Below, piece after piece: positions 55,547-64,000 of a DNA stretch of 64,000 nt. Position 1 is the first letter of the stretch. Every line of letters starts with the position of its first letter. Below the pieces are notes generated by a model. That model was not told where the DNA came from. It saw only the letters and a program-made list of their open reading frames with translations, and ran no database searches. Origin of the DNA: Minisyncoccota bacterium (GTDB lineage: Bacteria > Verrucomicrobiota > Verrucomicrobiia > Limisphaerales > UBA8199); contig DAOTCE010000004.1 of NCBI GenBank assembly GCA_035452965.1, forward strand, positions 192,666 through 256,665. Reading direction: 5' to 3'. Both the position numbers and the translations under genes were made by a program.

Positions 55547-57613
55547 CTATTGCCGGGGGAGTGATCGCTGATCTGGATCGGACGCGAGGCTTGTGCCTTT
55601 CATAAGCCGCCACCAACCCAGGGCGCGCAAGGCTTCTCCCTGCCGGAGAGTCGTCCTCTCCTCCGGCTTCAGCGGCCGTGGTTGCAGGTCCCAGAGCTTT
55701 AGCGCCTCGTTCGCAGCGCCGTGATACACGACAAAATCCGGTCCAATGGTGGCATGGATGCCCCAGCCGAGCTGCAGCCGGTTGGGGTCAAACAGATTGC
55801 TTCCAAACGCGTGATACTTGAAGCCGGCAGGCGCGGCGAGTTCCACCAGGGTCGGCAGGATGTCCAGGTGCGCGCCGGCCAAACGCTCGGGGTGCGCGAC
55901 CGGCGGCAGGGTTCCATTCCCGTGCCAGAGCATCAACACGGCGCTGTGCTCATAGGCATTGGGGCGTTCGTTGAGGAAATCGCGCGACCAATGGTCGCCT
56001 GTCGCGGCGATGACCGAATCCGGCAGTTGCGTTTCGGCTCGCCTGATGAAATTGCTCAGGCACTGGTCGGCAAACCACAAGTGGCCCAGCGCCGCAAGAC
56101 TCACCGCCCCCTCCCACATCGGCTGGATGTCCTCGGGCACCGCGCGCAACGGAAAGCCTTTGCCATAAACGTCCGTCGTGAACGGCCGATGATAGCCTGC
56201 ACTCAGAATCAAATTGAAGCTCGGCGTGTCGGCGGGGAGCTTGCTCAGGACGAAATCAAACAACTGATCGTCCTCGACACCCCACTCGCGCGAGAGGCGG
56301 CCCTTGGCCATCACGTCGCCGCCATAGATTTCCTCGAAGCCCTGGTCGGCGCAGAAGTCCCCGATCCGCTGCCAGCTTAGGTAGCCCGCGTAGAACATTC
56401 GCGTCCGGTAGCCCAACTGCTTGAAGATGGCGGTTACTGAGGTTGGGAACGGCTTGCGGCTGGCACGTTGGTAATTCACCATGGCACCGGCCTCCGGCAA
56501 CCCGGTAACCAACGCGCCCAGCGAAGTCATCGTGCCCGTGCCGGCGGAGACAAAGGCCCGGATCAACACGCCCTCCCGGCCCAGGGCCCGCGCACCCTCC
56601 ACCAGACCGAGCGATTGGTAGCGTTCCAGAAACGGCCAGGCATCATAACTCTCCATGACAATGAGGAAGATGTGCCTGGGCCGCGCGGCCGGCGGCCCCT
56701 TGGCCACGCGCTCGGTCAAGACGTCCACATCCTCGTAGGCCGCTTGTCCGGGAAAAGCAACCCGGGCCGCCTCACGAATGTCACGACCAGGCCAGACCGC
56801 GCGCAGGTCGCTGCCGCCCATGAGCCGGAATTGCTGGTTCACGGCGTAACGCAACGCCGAGTAGGGATTCACCACCATCTTGTTCAGCACCGAATCGCCT
56901 GTAACCGCGGCATCCTTCAGTTGGATTGGTCGCGTGGCCACCGAACCGCGCGCTCCGGCAACAATGAGCAACAACAACATTCCAAGCGCCAACCCCCGCC
57001 GCGGCCACGTAGCCAGGCGGCTCGACAGCCAATCTCCCGTTGCAAATGGCTTGCTCACAAACCACCGCAACAGGAACCAGGTCGCAGCCACCCCCACCAC
57101 CAGGGCCAGCAAGGCAGGAATGACAGGATACGCCGCCCAGATGGTTTTGAGCACCGCCTTGAAGTCGTCGAAGATGACACCGAAGATCCAATGGTTAAAA
57201 TGGTCCTTGTATTCACTAAAGAAGCCAATGGCCACGACCCCCAGAAGCGTGCTGAAAACCGCGAATAGCCCCCCGGTCACCTGGCGAATCCGCTGCGCGA
57301 CCCGGGGGGACAGCCCACACAGGATGGCGAGACTGGCCAGTGCCACCGGCAGTGCCCAATAGGTGGCGATGCTCATATCGAAACGTGCGCCTGTGAGGAC
57401 GCATTTCAGCACCGCCCGGGCCGTGGCTCCCGGGCCAAGGTGCTTGGCGAAGACGGTCAGCATGACCCCTCGGAACACCGCCAGCCAAAGAAACGCGAAA
57501 AGCCAGAACTTGAAATCCCGCTGAATGTGGGTTAGAAACTGCGGCCAACGACCAGTGGACGGAACCGAATCCGGCGGTGCGCAGCCCTCCGCTTGTGCAT
57601 TGTCACGGGTCAT
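55547..57613 (-). CDS. LTA-synthase/sulfatase-family membrane protein (alkaline phosphatase superfamily)
   Basis: I moved the start to MTRDNAQ. Five or so N-terminal TM helices, then HIFLIVMESYDAW..SAGTGTMTS..ATGDHW. Confidence 0.82.
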   Translation of the reverse strand: MTRDNAQAEGCAPPDSVPSTGRWPQFLTHIQRDFKFWLFAFLWLAVFRGVMLTVFAKHLGPGATARAVLKCVLTGARFDMSIATYWALPVALASLAILCGLSPRVAQRIRQVTGGLFAVFSTLLGVVAIGFFSEYKDHFNHWIFGVIFDDFKAVLKTIWAAYPVIPALLALVVGVAATWFLLRWFVSKPFATGDWLSSRLATWPRRGLALGMLLLLIVAGARGSVATRPIQLKDAAVTGDSVLNKMVVNPYSALRYAVNQQFRLMGGSDLRAVWPGRDIREAARVAFPGQAAYEDVDVLTERVAKGPPAARPRHIFLIVMESYDAWPFLERYQSLGLVEGARALGREGVLIRAFVSAGTGTMTSLGALVTGLPEAGAMVNYQRASRKPFPTSVTAIFKQLGYRTRMFYAGYLSWQRIGDFCADQGFEEIYGGDVMAKGRLSREWGVEDDQLFDFVLSKLPADTPSFNLILSAGYHRPFTTDVYGKGFPLRAVPEDIQPMWEGAVSLAALGHLWFADQCLSNFIRRAETQLPDSVIAATGDHWSRDFLNERPNAYEHSAVLMLWHGNGTLPPVAHPERLAGAHLDILPTLVELAAPAGFKYHAFGSNLFDPNRLQLGWGIHATIGPDFVVYHGAANEALKLWDLQPRPLKPEERTTLRQGEALRALGWWRLMKGTSLASDPDQRSLPRQ

Positions 57614-57668
57614 TTGAGAATTTGTGAAGCCTAATAGCCGACCCTCAGTGAGGGCAAGTTGATTTGAT

Positions 57669-59624
57669 TTGAGAGTGGAATCCCTCAAACAAGAACCGCC
57701 CGGCAGCGAGGTGGCGAGCGACCAAACCCAGCCAGGGTCGGCGCTCGGACGCACGGTGGACTGGTATGCCCCGTACCTGAAACGTCTCGCCCTGGCCCTG
57801 CTATGCCTGACGGGCGGGCGCGTGGCTTTCGCGCTGGCGAACCGGAATCTGTTTGAAGGCGTTGCTTTGACGCCGTTCTTGCTCGGCCTGCATTTTGATT
57901 TGGCGACGCTGACTTATTGGTATCTCCCGTTCCACATCTTGAGCCTGCCGCCGTTGACCCTTCTGCGGACGCGCATTTGGCAGAGCCTGGCCGCTGTTGC
58001 CTTTCACATCAGCAACGTCTCAGGCCTGTTGCTCAACCTGATCGACGCCGGCTTCTATCCCTTCAGCAAACAGCGCTCGACGTTCGACGGCGTGTTGTTT
58101 CTGGCCGGGGACGGCGACGTGCGCCACATCCTCCCCCAGTACCTGCTCGACTGGTGGTATCTGGCGCTCGCGCTGGTGGTGGTTATTGCTCTCACTATTT
58201 GGCTTTACCGGAGGGCCGGGCGGACTGAGCCGGCCTTTCCGCCCCCGCTACTGTTGCGCGGCGCCGGCTTCGCCCTCATTGTCGGCCTGCTGTTCCTCGG
58301 CACGCGCAGCAGCCGGATCAAACATCCGCTCGGGATACTGCACGCCTGCGAGCATGTGCCCGCCCGCCTCGCGCCGGTGGTGCTGAACACGCCGTTTGTG
58401 GTGATCAAGAGCTACGGCAAGTCCGTCCCCTCGCGGCGTTACTTCTCTGAGCAGGAGCTGGCACGGCGGTTTGACCCGGTGCGCCAGTTCACCGCGCGCC
58501 CCGGGAGCCGGATACGCAACATCATCTTCGTCGTGCTCGAAAGCCTCTCCAGCGAGTTCGTCGGCGCCTACAACGGGGGCCGCGGTTACACGCCCTTCCT
58601 GGACCGGCTCGCGCAACGCAGCACCGTCTGTGTGGATTCATTCGCCAGCGTGCGGCGCTCCATTGATGTCGGGCCGGCGCTGGTGGCCGGGCTGCCCATG
58701 CTGATGAACGCGACCTTGTTGCGCTCACCGTTTGGGGCCAACCAACTGGACGCGCTGCCGCAACTGCTCAAGCCGTTGGGCTACGAATCCTGGTTCTTCC
58801 ACGGTGCGCGCCCCGGCAGCATGAGCTACGACGTCTTCGCGGGCAAAGCGGGGTTCGACCACGCTTTCCTTAAGAACGATTATCCCGGACCCGCCTCAGA
58901 CTACGACGGCACGTGGGGAATCCTGGATGAACCAATGCTTCAGTTCATGGCCAGGACCCTGGAAACGGCCCGGCAACCGTTCTTGGGTTACATGCATACC
59001 CTCACCTCGCATCATCCGTTCCCCATCCCGACCGGTTTTGAAGGTCGTTTTCCCAAAGGCCACCACCCCATTTGTGAGACCATCGGCTACACCGACTTCG
59101 CCTTGCAGAGATTCTTCGAAACGGCCGAGACTATGCCCTGGTTTACGAACACCGTCTTCATCATCACCGCCGACCACACCGCGCAATTCACTCACGCACA
59201 GGCCGCCTCTCCGCTGGCGGTGTTTCGCGTGCCTATAATGATCTTTGATCCGGAGAACCCCGTGCGCCATGAAATCACCGAACCAGTGTCGCATGTGGAC
59301 CTGTATTCCACAGTTCTAGGGCTGGTTGGCTGGGAGGGGCGGGTAGTAACGTTTGGCCGAGATATTCTTGGCGGAGGGACAGGCTATGCGGTGCAATACC
59401 TGAACAACAACTTCCAATCCGTGGATCGCGACTGGTGCCATTTTTTCGACGGCCAGAGATCCATTGGTCTGTTTCGCCGCGCGGAAGACCCGTTATGCCG
59501 CACGAACTTGCTTGCCGATCCCGGACTGGCCGAGGTCCTGCGCGAACGGGAAGATCGGGTCGCAGCTTACGTGCAGGCTTACACCACCCGGATGATCCGC
59601 AACGAACTTGGCTTGCGGCGCTGA
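57669..59624 (+). CDS. LTA-synthase/sulfatase-family membrane protein (paralog, divergent orientation)
   Basis: TM region, then NIIFVVLESLSSEF.. and ITADHT. The start is uncertain: TTG at 57669, or GTG at 57675, 57711 or 57756. Confidence 0.8.
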   Translation: MRVESLKQEPPGSEVASDQTQPGSALGRTVDWYAPYLKRLALALLCLTGGRVAFALANRNLFEGVALTPFLLGLHFDLATLTYWYLPFHILSLPPLTLLRTRIWQSLAAVAFHISNVSGLLLNLIDAGFYPFSKQRSTFDGVLFLAGDGDVRHILPQYLLDWWYLALALVVVIALTIWLYRRAGRTEPAFPPPLLLRGAGFALIVGLLFLGTRSSRIKHPLGILHACEHVPARLAPVVLNTPFVVIKSYGKSVPSRRYFSEQELARRFDPVRQFTARPGSRIRNIIFVVLESLSSEFVGAYNGGRGYTPFLDRLAQRSTVCVDSFASVRRSIDVGPALVAGLPMLMNATLLRSPFGANQLDALPQLLKPLGYESWFFHGARPGSMSYDVFAGKAGFDHAFLKNDYPGPASDYDGTWGILDEPMLQFMARTLETARQPFLGYMHTLTSHHPFPIPTGFEGRFPKGHHPICETIGYTDFALQRFFETAETMPWFTNTVFIITADHTAQFTHAQAASPLAVFRVPIMIFDPENPVRHEITEPVSHVDLYSTVLGLVGWEGRVVTFGRDILGGGTGYAVQYLNNNFQSVDRDWCHFFDGQRSIGLFRRAEDPLCRTNLLADPGLAEVLREREDRVAAYVQAYTTRMIRNELGLRR

Positions 59625-59657
59625 AGGTGGGGAGCCAGGGCATGCGTCCCGAGGCTT

Positions 59658-61289
59658 CTATCTCGGGAGGCGCTTTTCAATCGTCCGCCACCACCAACGC
59701 CAGTCGGGCAGTCGGCGCGCGCGGCAATAGGCGATAAGGAAGCGGGCGCGGTCAGTGCGGGAAGGTCTCCGATGCCAGTGCTGCAAATCCCGGGCAAGGC
59801 GTCCCAGGTCGGCAGCGGCTCGAGAATCCGAAACGCGACGGACGAAGCGCAGCCCATCCAGATCAATCAGGTATGGCCGGCCCTCGCCGTTAAAGAGGAT
59901 GTTCCCCGGCTTAAGATCCCGATGGGTGAAGCCTGCGCCGTGCATCCCGCCCAGCAGTTCTCCCAGCGCCTTGGCTGCCTGGGGTTTGCTTCCGCCCCAG
60001 GACTGCAGCGGCACAGCCCCTGGGATTTCCTCCATTAGGAGATAACTGCGCCGGGGCAGGAAGAATCGCCTCTCGTCCGCGGTGGCGACGGCCCGGGCCG
60101 TCGGTAAGCCCGCCAACTCCAGACGAAGGGCCTTCTGGAAAGCCCTTCGCGCCGTGGAGCCGCGCAACAGGTCCAGGAACGGATTGCCCCACTTGCGGAA
60201 GTTGTATCGCTTGAGCACCAAGCCGTCCCGAGCGCTAACGGCCGAGCTTCGGCTGGGCTTGAGGACTCGCGCCTGTTCGAGGAAGCGGTCAGGCGCGTTC
60301 AAAATGGTCTCCACCTGCAACGTGAAGTGCGAGGAGCGAACTACCCACTGTAACCTGCCCGTCCGGCGAAGCTGCATAGGTGGGCGTTCCTTAAGGACCA
60401 CTTGCGCCGGCAGCGATGGCGCTGCTTTTGGGAGGCCTTCCTCGTTCAGTGCGCAAAACGGAAACGAGAACTGAGCCGGCAACGGCCCAATGCACTGGAG
60501 CAACTGCCGCGCATTCATCGACTCCTTGCGCGACCGCGCATAAACCGCAAGAAACAACACCCGTTCGCGCCGCGGCACCTGGCAGCGTAGCAACAACCGG
60601 CGCAGGTCTTTGCCAGCCTCTGCAAGCGCCACTTGGCCTCGCCGCCGGAGGCCGTCCAGGTCAATGAGCAGAAGCTCTTCCTGATCTCTGGCCTGCCGCA
60701 CGGTGAGGAAATTGGTCTGGCTGGGATCGCAGTGGCAGAAGCCGGCGTCGTGCATTGTAGCGTAAGCCAGTGCCAATTGGCGAACGATGTGGCTCCGCCG
60801 CCGCCGGTCGGTGCAATGGGCATTGGTCTCGTAGAGCGGCGTGGCACCGGAAATGTGGCGTGTGATCAGGTAGGACTCACGCAGCCACCCGCAACAGCGC
60901 CTCTCTCCGGCAGCAACAGGCGTGGCTGTTCCTATGCCAAGAACCTGAAGCTGCCACGCAAGGTGAAAAGCGCGGTAAGCGGGCGACCCGCGCCAGCCCC
61001 ACTTGATCATTTCGGTGAGGCCGCGCGGGGAAAAATGCTTCACCACCAAATCGCCCCCACCGGGTTCCGTTCCCCGCACTCGCACGACTTCACGGCCAGA
61101 CACTACGACTCGCTTCAAGGGTTCGGCCGGAGGACGCAGAAGCCAGGCAGGATCGATCAGGTCGGCCAGCAAGGGCTGCGAATCTGATTGGGCGGCAATC
61201 AGCCAATCGAAGCTGCCCACCCGCTGTCGCAGCACGCTCGCGCCGGACATGTTTTGCGCCTGAGGGGTGAGCCGCCGGTTGGGGTTCAT
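59658..61289 (-). CDS. tandem-domain lipopolysaccharide (Kdo/WaaP-type) kinase
   Basis: Two kinase cores. Domain 1 has VVKHF..FCHCDPSQTNFL..LIDLDG. Domain 2 has LVLKRY..FTHRDLKPGNILF..LIDLDG. The ATG at 61289 overlaps the methyltransferase stop (ATGA). Confidence 0.8.
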   Translation of the reverse strand: MNPNRRLTPQAQNMSGASVLRQRVGSFDWLIAAQSDSQPLLADLIDPAWLLRPPAEPLKRVVVSGREVVRVRGTEPGGGDLVVKHFSPRGLTEMIKWGWRGSPAYRAFHLAWQLQVLGIGTATPVAAGERRCCGWLRESYLITRHISGATPLYETNAHCTDRRRRSHIVRQLALAYATMHDAGFCHCDPSQTNFLTVRQARDQEELLLIDLDGLRRRGQVALAEAGKDLRRLLLRCQVPRRERVLFLAVYARSRKESMNARQLLQCIGPLPAQFSFPFCALNEEGLPKAAPSLPAQVVLKERPPMQLRRTGRLQWVVRSSHFTLQVETILNAPDRFLEQARVLKPSRSSAVSARDGLVLKRYNFRKWGNPFLDLLRGSTARRAFQKALRLELAGLPTARAVATADERRFFLPRRSYLLMEEIPGAVPLQSWGGSKPQAAKALGELLGGMHGAGFTHRDLKPGNILFNGEGRPYLIDLDGLRFVRRVSDSRAAADLGRLARDLQHWHRRPSRTDRARFLIAYCRARRLPDWRWWWRTIEKRLPR

Positions 61290-61915
61290 GGACGAGCCGG
61301 CGACCGGGCGACAACATAGACGTCTTCGTCCAGCCAATATGGGCCGAGGAACAGGTTTCTGAGCTTGTAGCTCACCTTGCGCGACATCGATGCAGGCCGT
61401 TTGGAGGTGGTCCCGGAGGCGACTACTTCCCAGCCGTTGCGGTTGGGGATCTGTGCCAGGGCAGAGACAGGATACGGGCGGACGTGTGTTGGGTCGCGCC
61501 AGAAGTCGCCGGCTGCGTTTCTCAGGTGGGCGATGTTTGGGGTAATTACCAGCACCCCGGATTTGGGCTTTAGCGCTTTTTCGAGGAGGCGGAAAAGCTC
61601 TTCCACTTGTGCCGGCAGGAAGTGCTCAACGATATGGGACGCGACGGCGCCGTCGTGCGAGCCCGGTGCGGCCTGGCGCAGGAATTGGAAAAAATCACCC
61701 CTGACAAGCTCTAACCCTTTCGAGAGCGCCTCGTTGCATAGGTTCTGATCCAGTTCCACGCCGGTGGCGCCGATGCCTGCTTCCTTGAACAACTGCAGCA
61801 GGAAACCGTGACCACAGGCGATATCAAGCACCGCCCGGCAATTGTGGAAACAGTGAACGAACGGCAGGAAGCAGCGGCGCGCTGTTTCTCGAGCTCGTGC
61901 GTCAGGTATATGCAT
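61286..61915 (-). CDS. class I SAM-dependent methyltransferase
   Basis: Motif I: VLDIACGHGFLLQLF. Confidence 0.82.
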   Translation of the reverse strand: MHIPDARARETARRCFLPFVHCFHNCRAVLDIACGHGFLLQLFKEAGIGATGVELDQNLCNEALSKGLELVRGDFFQFLRQAAPGSHDGAVASHIVEHFLPAQVEELFRLLEKALKPKSGVLVITPNIAHLRNAAGDFWRDPTHVRPYPVSALAQIPNRNGWEVVASGTTSKRPASMSRKVSYKLRNLFLGPYWLDEDVYVVARSPARP

Positions 61916-61973
61916 GCTGAATGGCCGGAGGCTAGAGGCTGGAGGCTGAAAGCTAAAGGCAGGAATTTCAGCC

Positions 61974-63101
61974 TCAGCCTTTAGCCCTTTTCCCAGCTCC
62001 CACTAATTCGGAATACAACCCGCAGACGCGCGCGGCGTATTGGGCGGGGTCGAATAGCGTCTGGGCGCGCTGCCGGCCTCGCGAGCCGTGCTCCAGCCGT
62101 TGTGGCTCGTGTTCCAGATAGAAAACAATGGCCTCGGCCAGCGGATCGGCTTGGCCCGGCGCCACCAGGCGGCCGGTTTCTCCGTCCTCCACAATCTCGG
62201 CCAGCCCGCCGACGCGGCTGGCGACCACGGGCAGCCCTGCGTACATCGCTTCCACCGCTGCGCGCCCTATGCCCTCAGTGAACGACGGTGCTACCAGGAG
62301 ATCAAAGGCTTGAAGGCAGGATGCGCCGTTTTCGATAGGCCCCGCGAAAAAGAGGCTTCGCGCAATCCCGAACCGGCCCGCCTGCGCCTGTAACTGTCTC
62401 TTGAACTGCGCCTCGCCGTCGCCGATGAAAACAAACACGCAGCCTGGCACGCGCTGCAGCACGAGCGCTGCGGCCTCCACCAACACCTGCGGGCCTTTCC
62501 GCGCCGACAGGGTTCCAAGGAAGCCAACTTTTAGGCCAGCCTGGGGAGGAATGCGCAAAGTTGTCCAAGCATCGGCCTTGGACGGCAGAAACTGAGGGCA
62601 GGCGATGCCGTCATAGATCTGCCGCACCTTCGGCGACGCCGGAGCCTCAGCCTGCACGGCGCGTGAGATGGCAATGACTGCATCATTCTCAAGCACCCGA
62701 TACTTTTCAACATGCGCGGCAGCGCTGACTTCCCGAAGCGTTACGCAAGAAGCAAGGCCCAGAGCTCGCCCCAGTCGGACCGACCAGGGCGCAACTCGGG
62801 AGGTATTCGCATGAATGAGGTCTACCTGTCGCTGCTGGCAAAGGTGGGTCAATCGACGCAGAAAACGGGGGCGCCAAAAGAAGTCCCTGGCTTTGCGATA
62901 TTCCGGAAACCGGATCACTGCCGTGCTCAGGCCGCGTCGGATAAGTTGCGCGGTGAGGAACCCGTCACTACCAACAACGGTTTGCGGCGTCACACCCGGA
63001 CGGCTGATGCGCAGCCCGTCGAAGAAGTCCAGGAGACTCAGTTGGGCGCCACCGATGCCCGCATGATCTTGTAAGTAAAGCACGTTCATGGCAGCGGGCA
63101 T
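61974..63101 (-). CDS. GT4-family glycosyltransferase
   Basis: C-terminal Glycos_transf_1 signature (PSFTEGIGRAAVEAMYAGLPVVASRVGGLAEIVEDGETG). Start at 63101 (MPAAM) or 63089 (MNVLYL). Confidence 0.85.
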   Translation of the reverse strand: MPAAMNVLYLQDHAGIGGAQLSLLDFFDGLRISRPGVTPQTVVGSDGFLTAQLIRRGLSTAVIRFPEYRKARDFFWRPRFLRRLTHLCQQRQVDLIHANTSRVAPWSVRLGRALGLASCVTLREVSAAAHVEKYRVLENDAVIAISRAVQAEAPASPKVRQIYDGIACPQFLPSKADAWTTLRIPPQAGLKVGFLGTLSARKGPQVLVEAAALVLQRVPGCVFVFIGDGEAQFKRQLQAQAGRFGIARSLFFAGPIENGASCLQAFDLLVAPSFTEGIGRAAVEAMYAGLPVVASRVGGLAEIVEDGETGRLVAPGQADPLAEAIVFYLEHEPQRLEHGSRGRQRAQTLFDPAQYAARVCGLYSELVGAGKRAKG

Positions 63102-63111
63102 TACGCAGCCG

Positions 63112-64000
63112 TCAGGTTCTCGACAATACCGAAAGGAGCTGCGAGCTGTGGAACCGCATGGAGACACGCCGACCGGTAATTTCTTGGATGCGTCTGAGCT
63201 TGTGCTCGAGCTCCTCGCGCCGCAACGGCGGGAATTTCTGATAGCCGCGGTCCCGTTTGCCCAGGCGGCGTTGCCAGGCAACAGGATCGAGCGGCTGAAG
63301 CAAACGCCACAGGGCGTCTTTGAAGCGTTGTCTTCCAAGGACGGGTAGGACTCCCGTTACCTGCGTCGGTGCAATCTCATCAAGCACTCCATGGATAATA
63401 CCTGCCAGCGTCTCAAACGAATCCTGCTGCGAACCGAAATTGTGGATCAGTGATTTGATGCGGCCGGCGTTTTCAGGCGCGACCGATGACCCGCTCGCGC
63501 CATCGGCAAGCAACTGACGCAGGGTTTGTTCGACCTGCGCTTCCGTTTCGCACCTGATTCCCACCAGGTTGGGCAGCACGATGTCAAACCGATCGTCCTT
63601 CACTGGCCGAAAATTGATAACGGGAGCCCCTGCCTGGTAAGCTTCAATGGCCGTGGTGCATCCATCATGAATCACGACTGCGCTGGCCAGCAGCCAAGGC
63701 TGAACGCCGCCTTCCCTCGTCACCGTTACCCGCGGGACGTACCGGAGCAGGGGCGTATAGAGATGGATGTTCTCCGCCGGGTGAGGACGCACGACGATTT
63801 GGAATTCGGCAAACCGGTCACTGAGGTGGTTGACCATCTGGAGGAAGCGGGTCCACTTGCTCATCGAGACGCAGACCTGGTCCAGGTAGTATGTGCGACG
63901 CTCGCGCTCTTCGGGCTTTACGCCGTAGAAGTGGAGAATGGAATCAATGCCCTTGGCGTTTGCCCAGTAGAAGTTGCAGTTAATGAGGATGAACTTGCCA
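63112..64000 (-). CDS. polysaccharide-biosynthesis-associated protein, unknown family; N-terminus beyond the window end
   Basis: The reading frame stays open from 63864 to 64000 in my hand translation (..GKFILINCNFYWANAKGIDSILHFYGVKPEERERRTYYLDQVCVSMSKW..). The function is guessed from context only. Confidence 0.6.
   Translation of the reverse strand, partial: GKFILINCNFYWANAKGIDSILHFYGVKPEERERRTYYLDQVCVSMSKWTRFLQMVNHLSDRFAEFQIVVRPHPAENIHLYTPLLRYVPRVTVTREGGVQPWLLASAVVIHDGCTTAIEAYQAGAPVINFRPVKDDRFDIVLPNLVGIRCETEAQVEQTLRQLLADGASGSSVAPENAGRIKSLIHNFGSQQDSFETLAGIIHGVLDEIAPTQVTGVLPVLGRQRFKDALWRLLQPLDPVAWQRRLGKRDRGYQKFPPLRREELEHKLRRIQEITGRRVSMRFHSSQLLSVLSRT

Noticed and set aside
55326-55571. Possible 81-aa ORF (MQEIAVAAGADLFYGFSEAPASELDAVMDEINRRVHQSS..) within the track ORF 55173..55571.
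   Set aside because: The first ~50 codons have a gene-like codon bias. But the 3' part is Cys/Arg-rich and overlaps the convergent LtaS-like gene by 25 nt, and I recognise no family. This is too weak to call. It deserves a proteomics or conservation check.

Overview
This is a GC-rich bacterial chromosomal window with strong GC3 bias, which produces many long spurious antisense ORFs. The gene content points to a PVC-superphylum, Verrucomicrobiota-like genome: H-X9-DG prepilin-like proteins, a TAT-signal Gfo/Idh/MocA oxidoreductase, multi-kb mosaic exoproteins and mostly absent Shine-Dalgarno motifs. That taxonomic call is inference only.

I call 37 CDS.
- 1-24 kb is mostly housekeeping:
  - a 9-haem cytochrome c
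  - hemA and long-form ispH
  - an NfeD-flotillin operon that also carries a beta-carbonic-anhydrase-like gene
  - hrpB and the hom-lysC pair
  - a DUF971/class-V aminotransferase pair
  - several exported hydrolases
- 24.7-50 kb is an accessory block dominated by three giant secreted proteins:
  - a 1708-aa protein with four RCC1 propellers
  - two tandem paralogous mosaics of 2612 and 2512 aa that carry metallophosphoesterase, NPP-type phosphodiesterase, LamG, Calx-beta, MBG and Ig-like modules, plus three module types I cannot assign
- 50-64 kb holds an Lrp/aminotransferase pair and an envelope-glycan style cluster:
  - a TIGR03790-like protein
  - two divergent LtaS/sulfatase-family proteins
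  - a tandem-domain Kdo/WaaP-type kinase
  - a methyltransferase and a GT4 glycosyltransferase

I saw no rRNA, tRNA, CRISPR array, transposase, integrase or recognisable defence system.

The most interesting signals are:
- the giant paralog pair, including a 606-bp tract that is more than 99% identical between the two genes
- a C-terminal module ending in RF[YF]R or SFYR that is shared by four giant secreted proteins in the window, with a possible fifth in the truncated cytochrome
- a family of 22-23 bp perfect intergenic palindromes with compensatory substitutions
- orphan tandem terminators that suggest a small RNA

All domain calls come from motif recognition by eye. No HMM or BLAST search was run.
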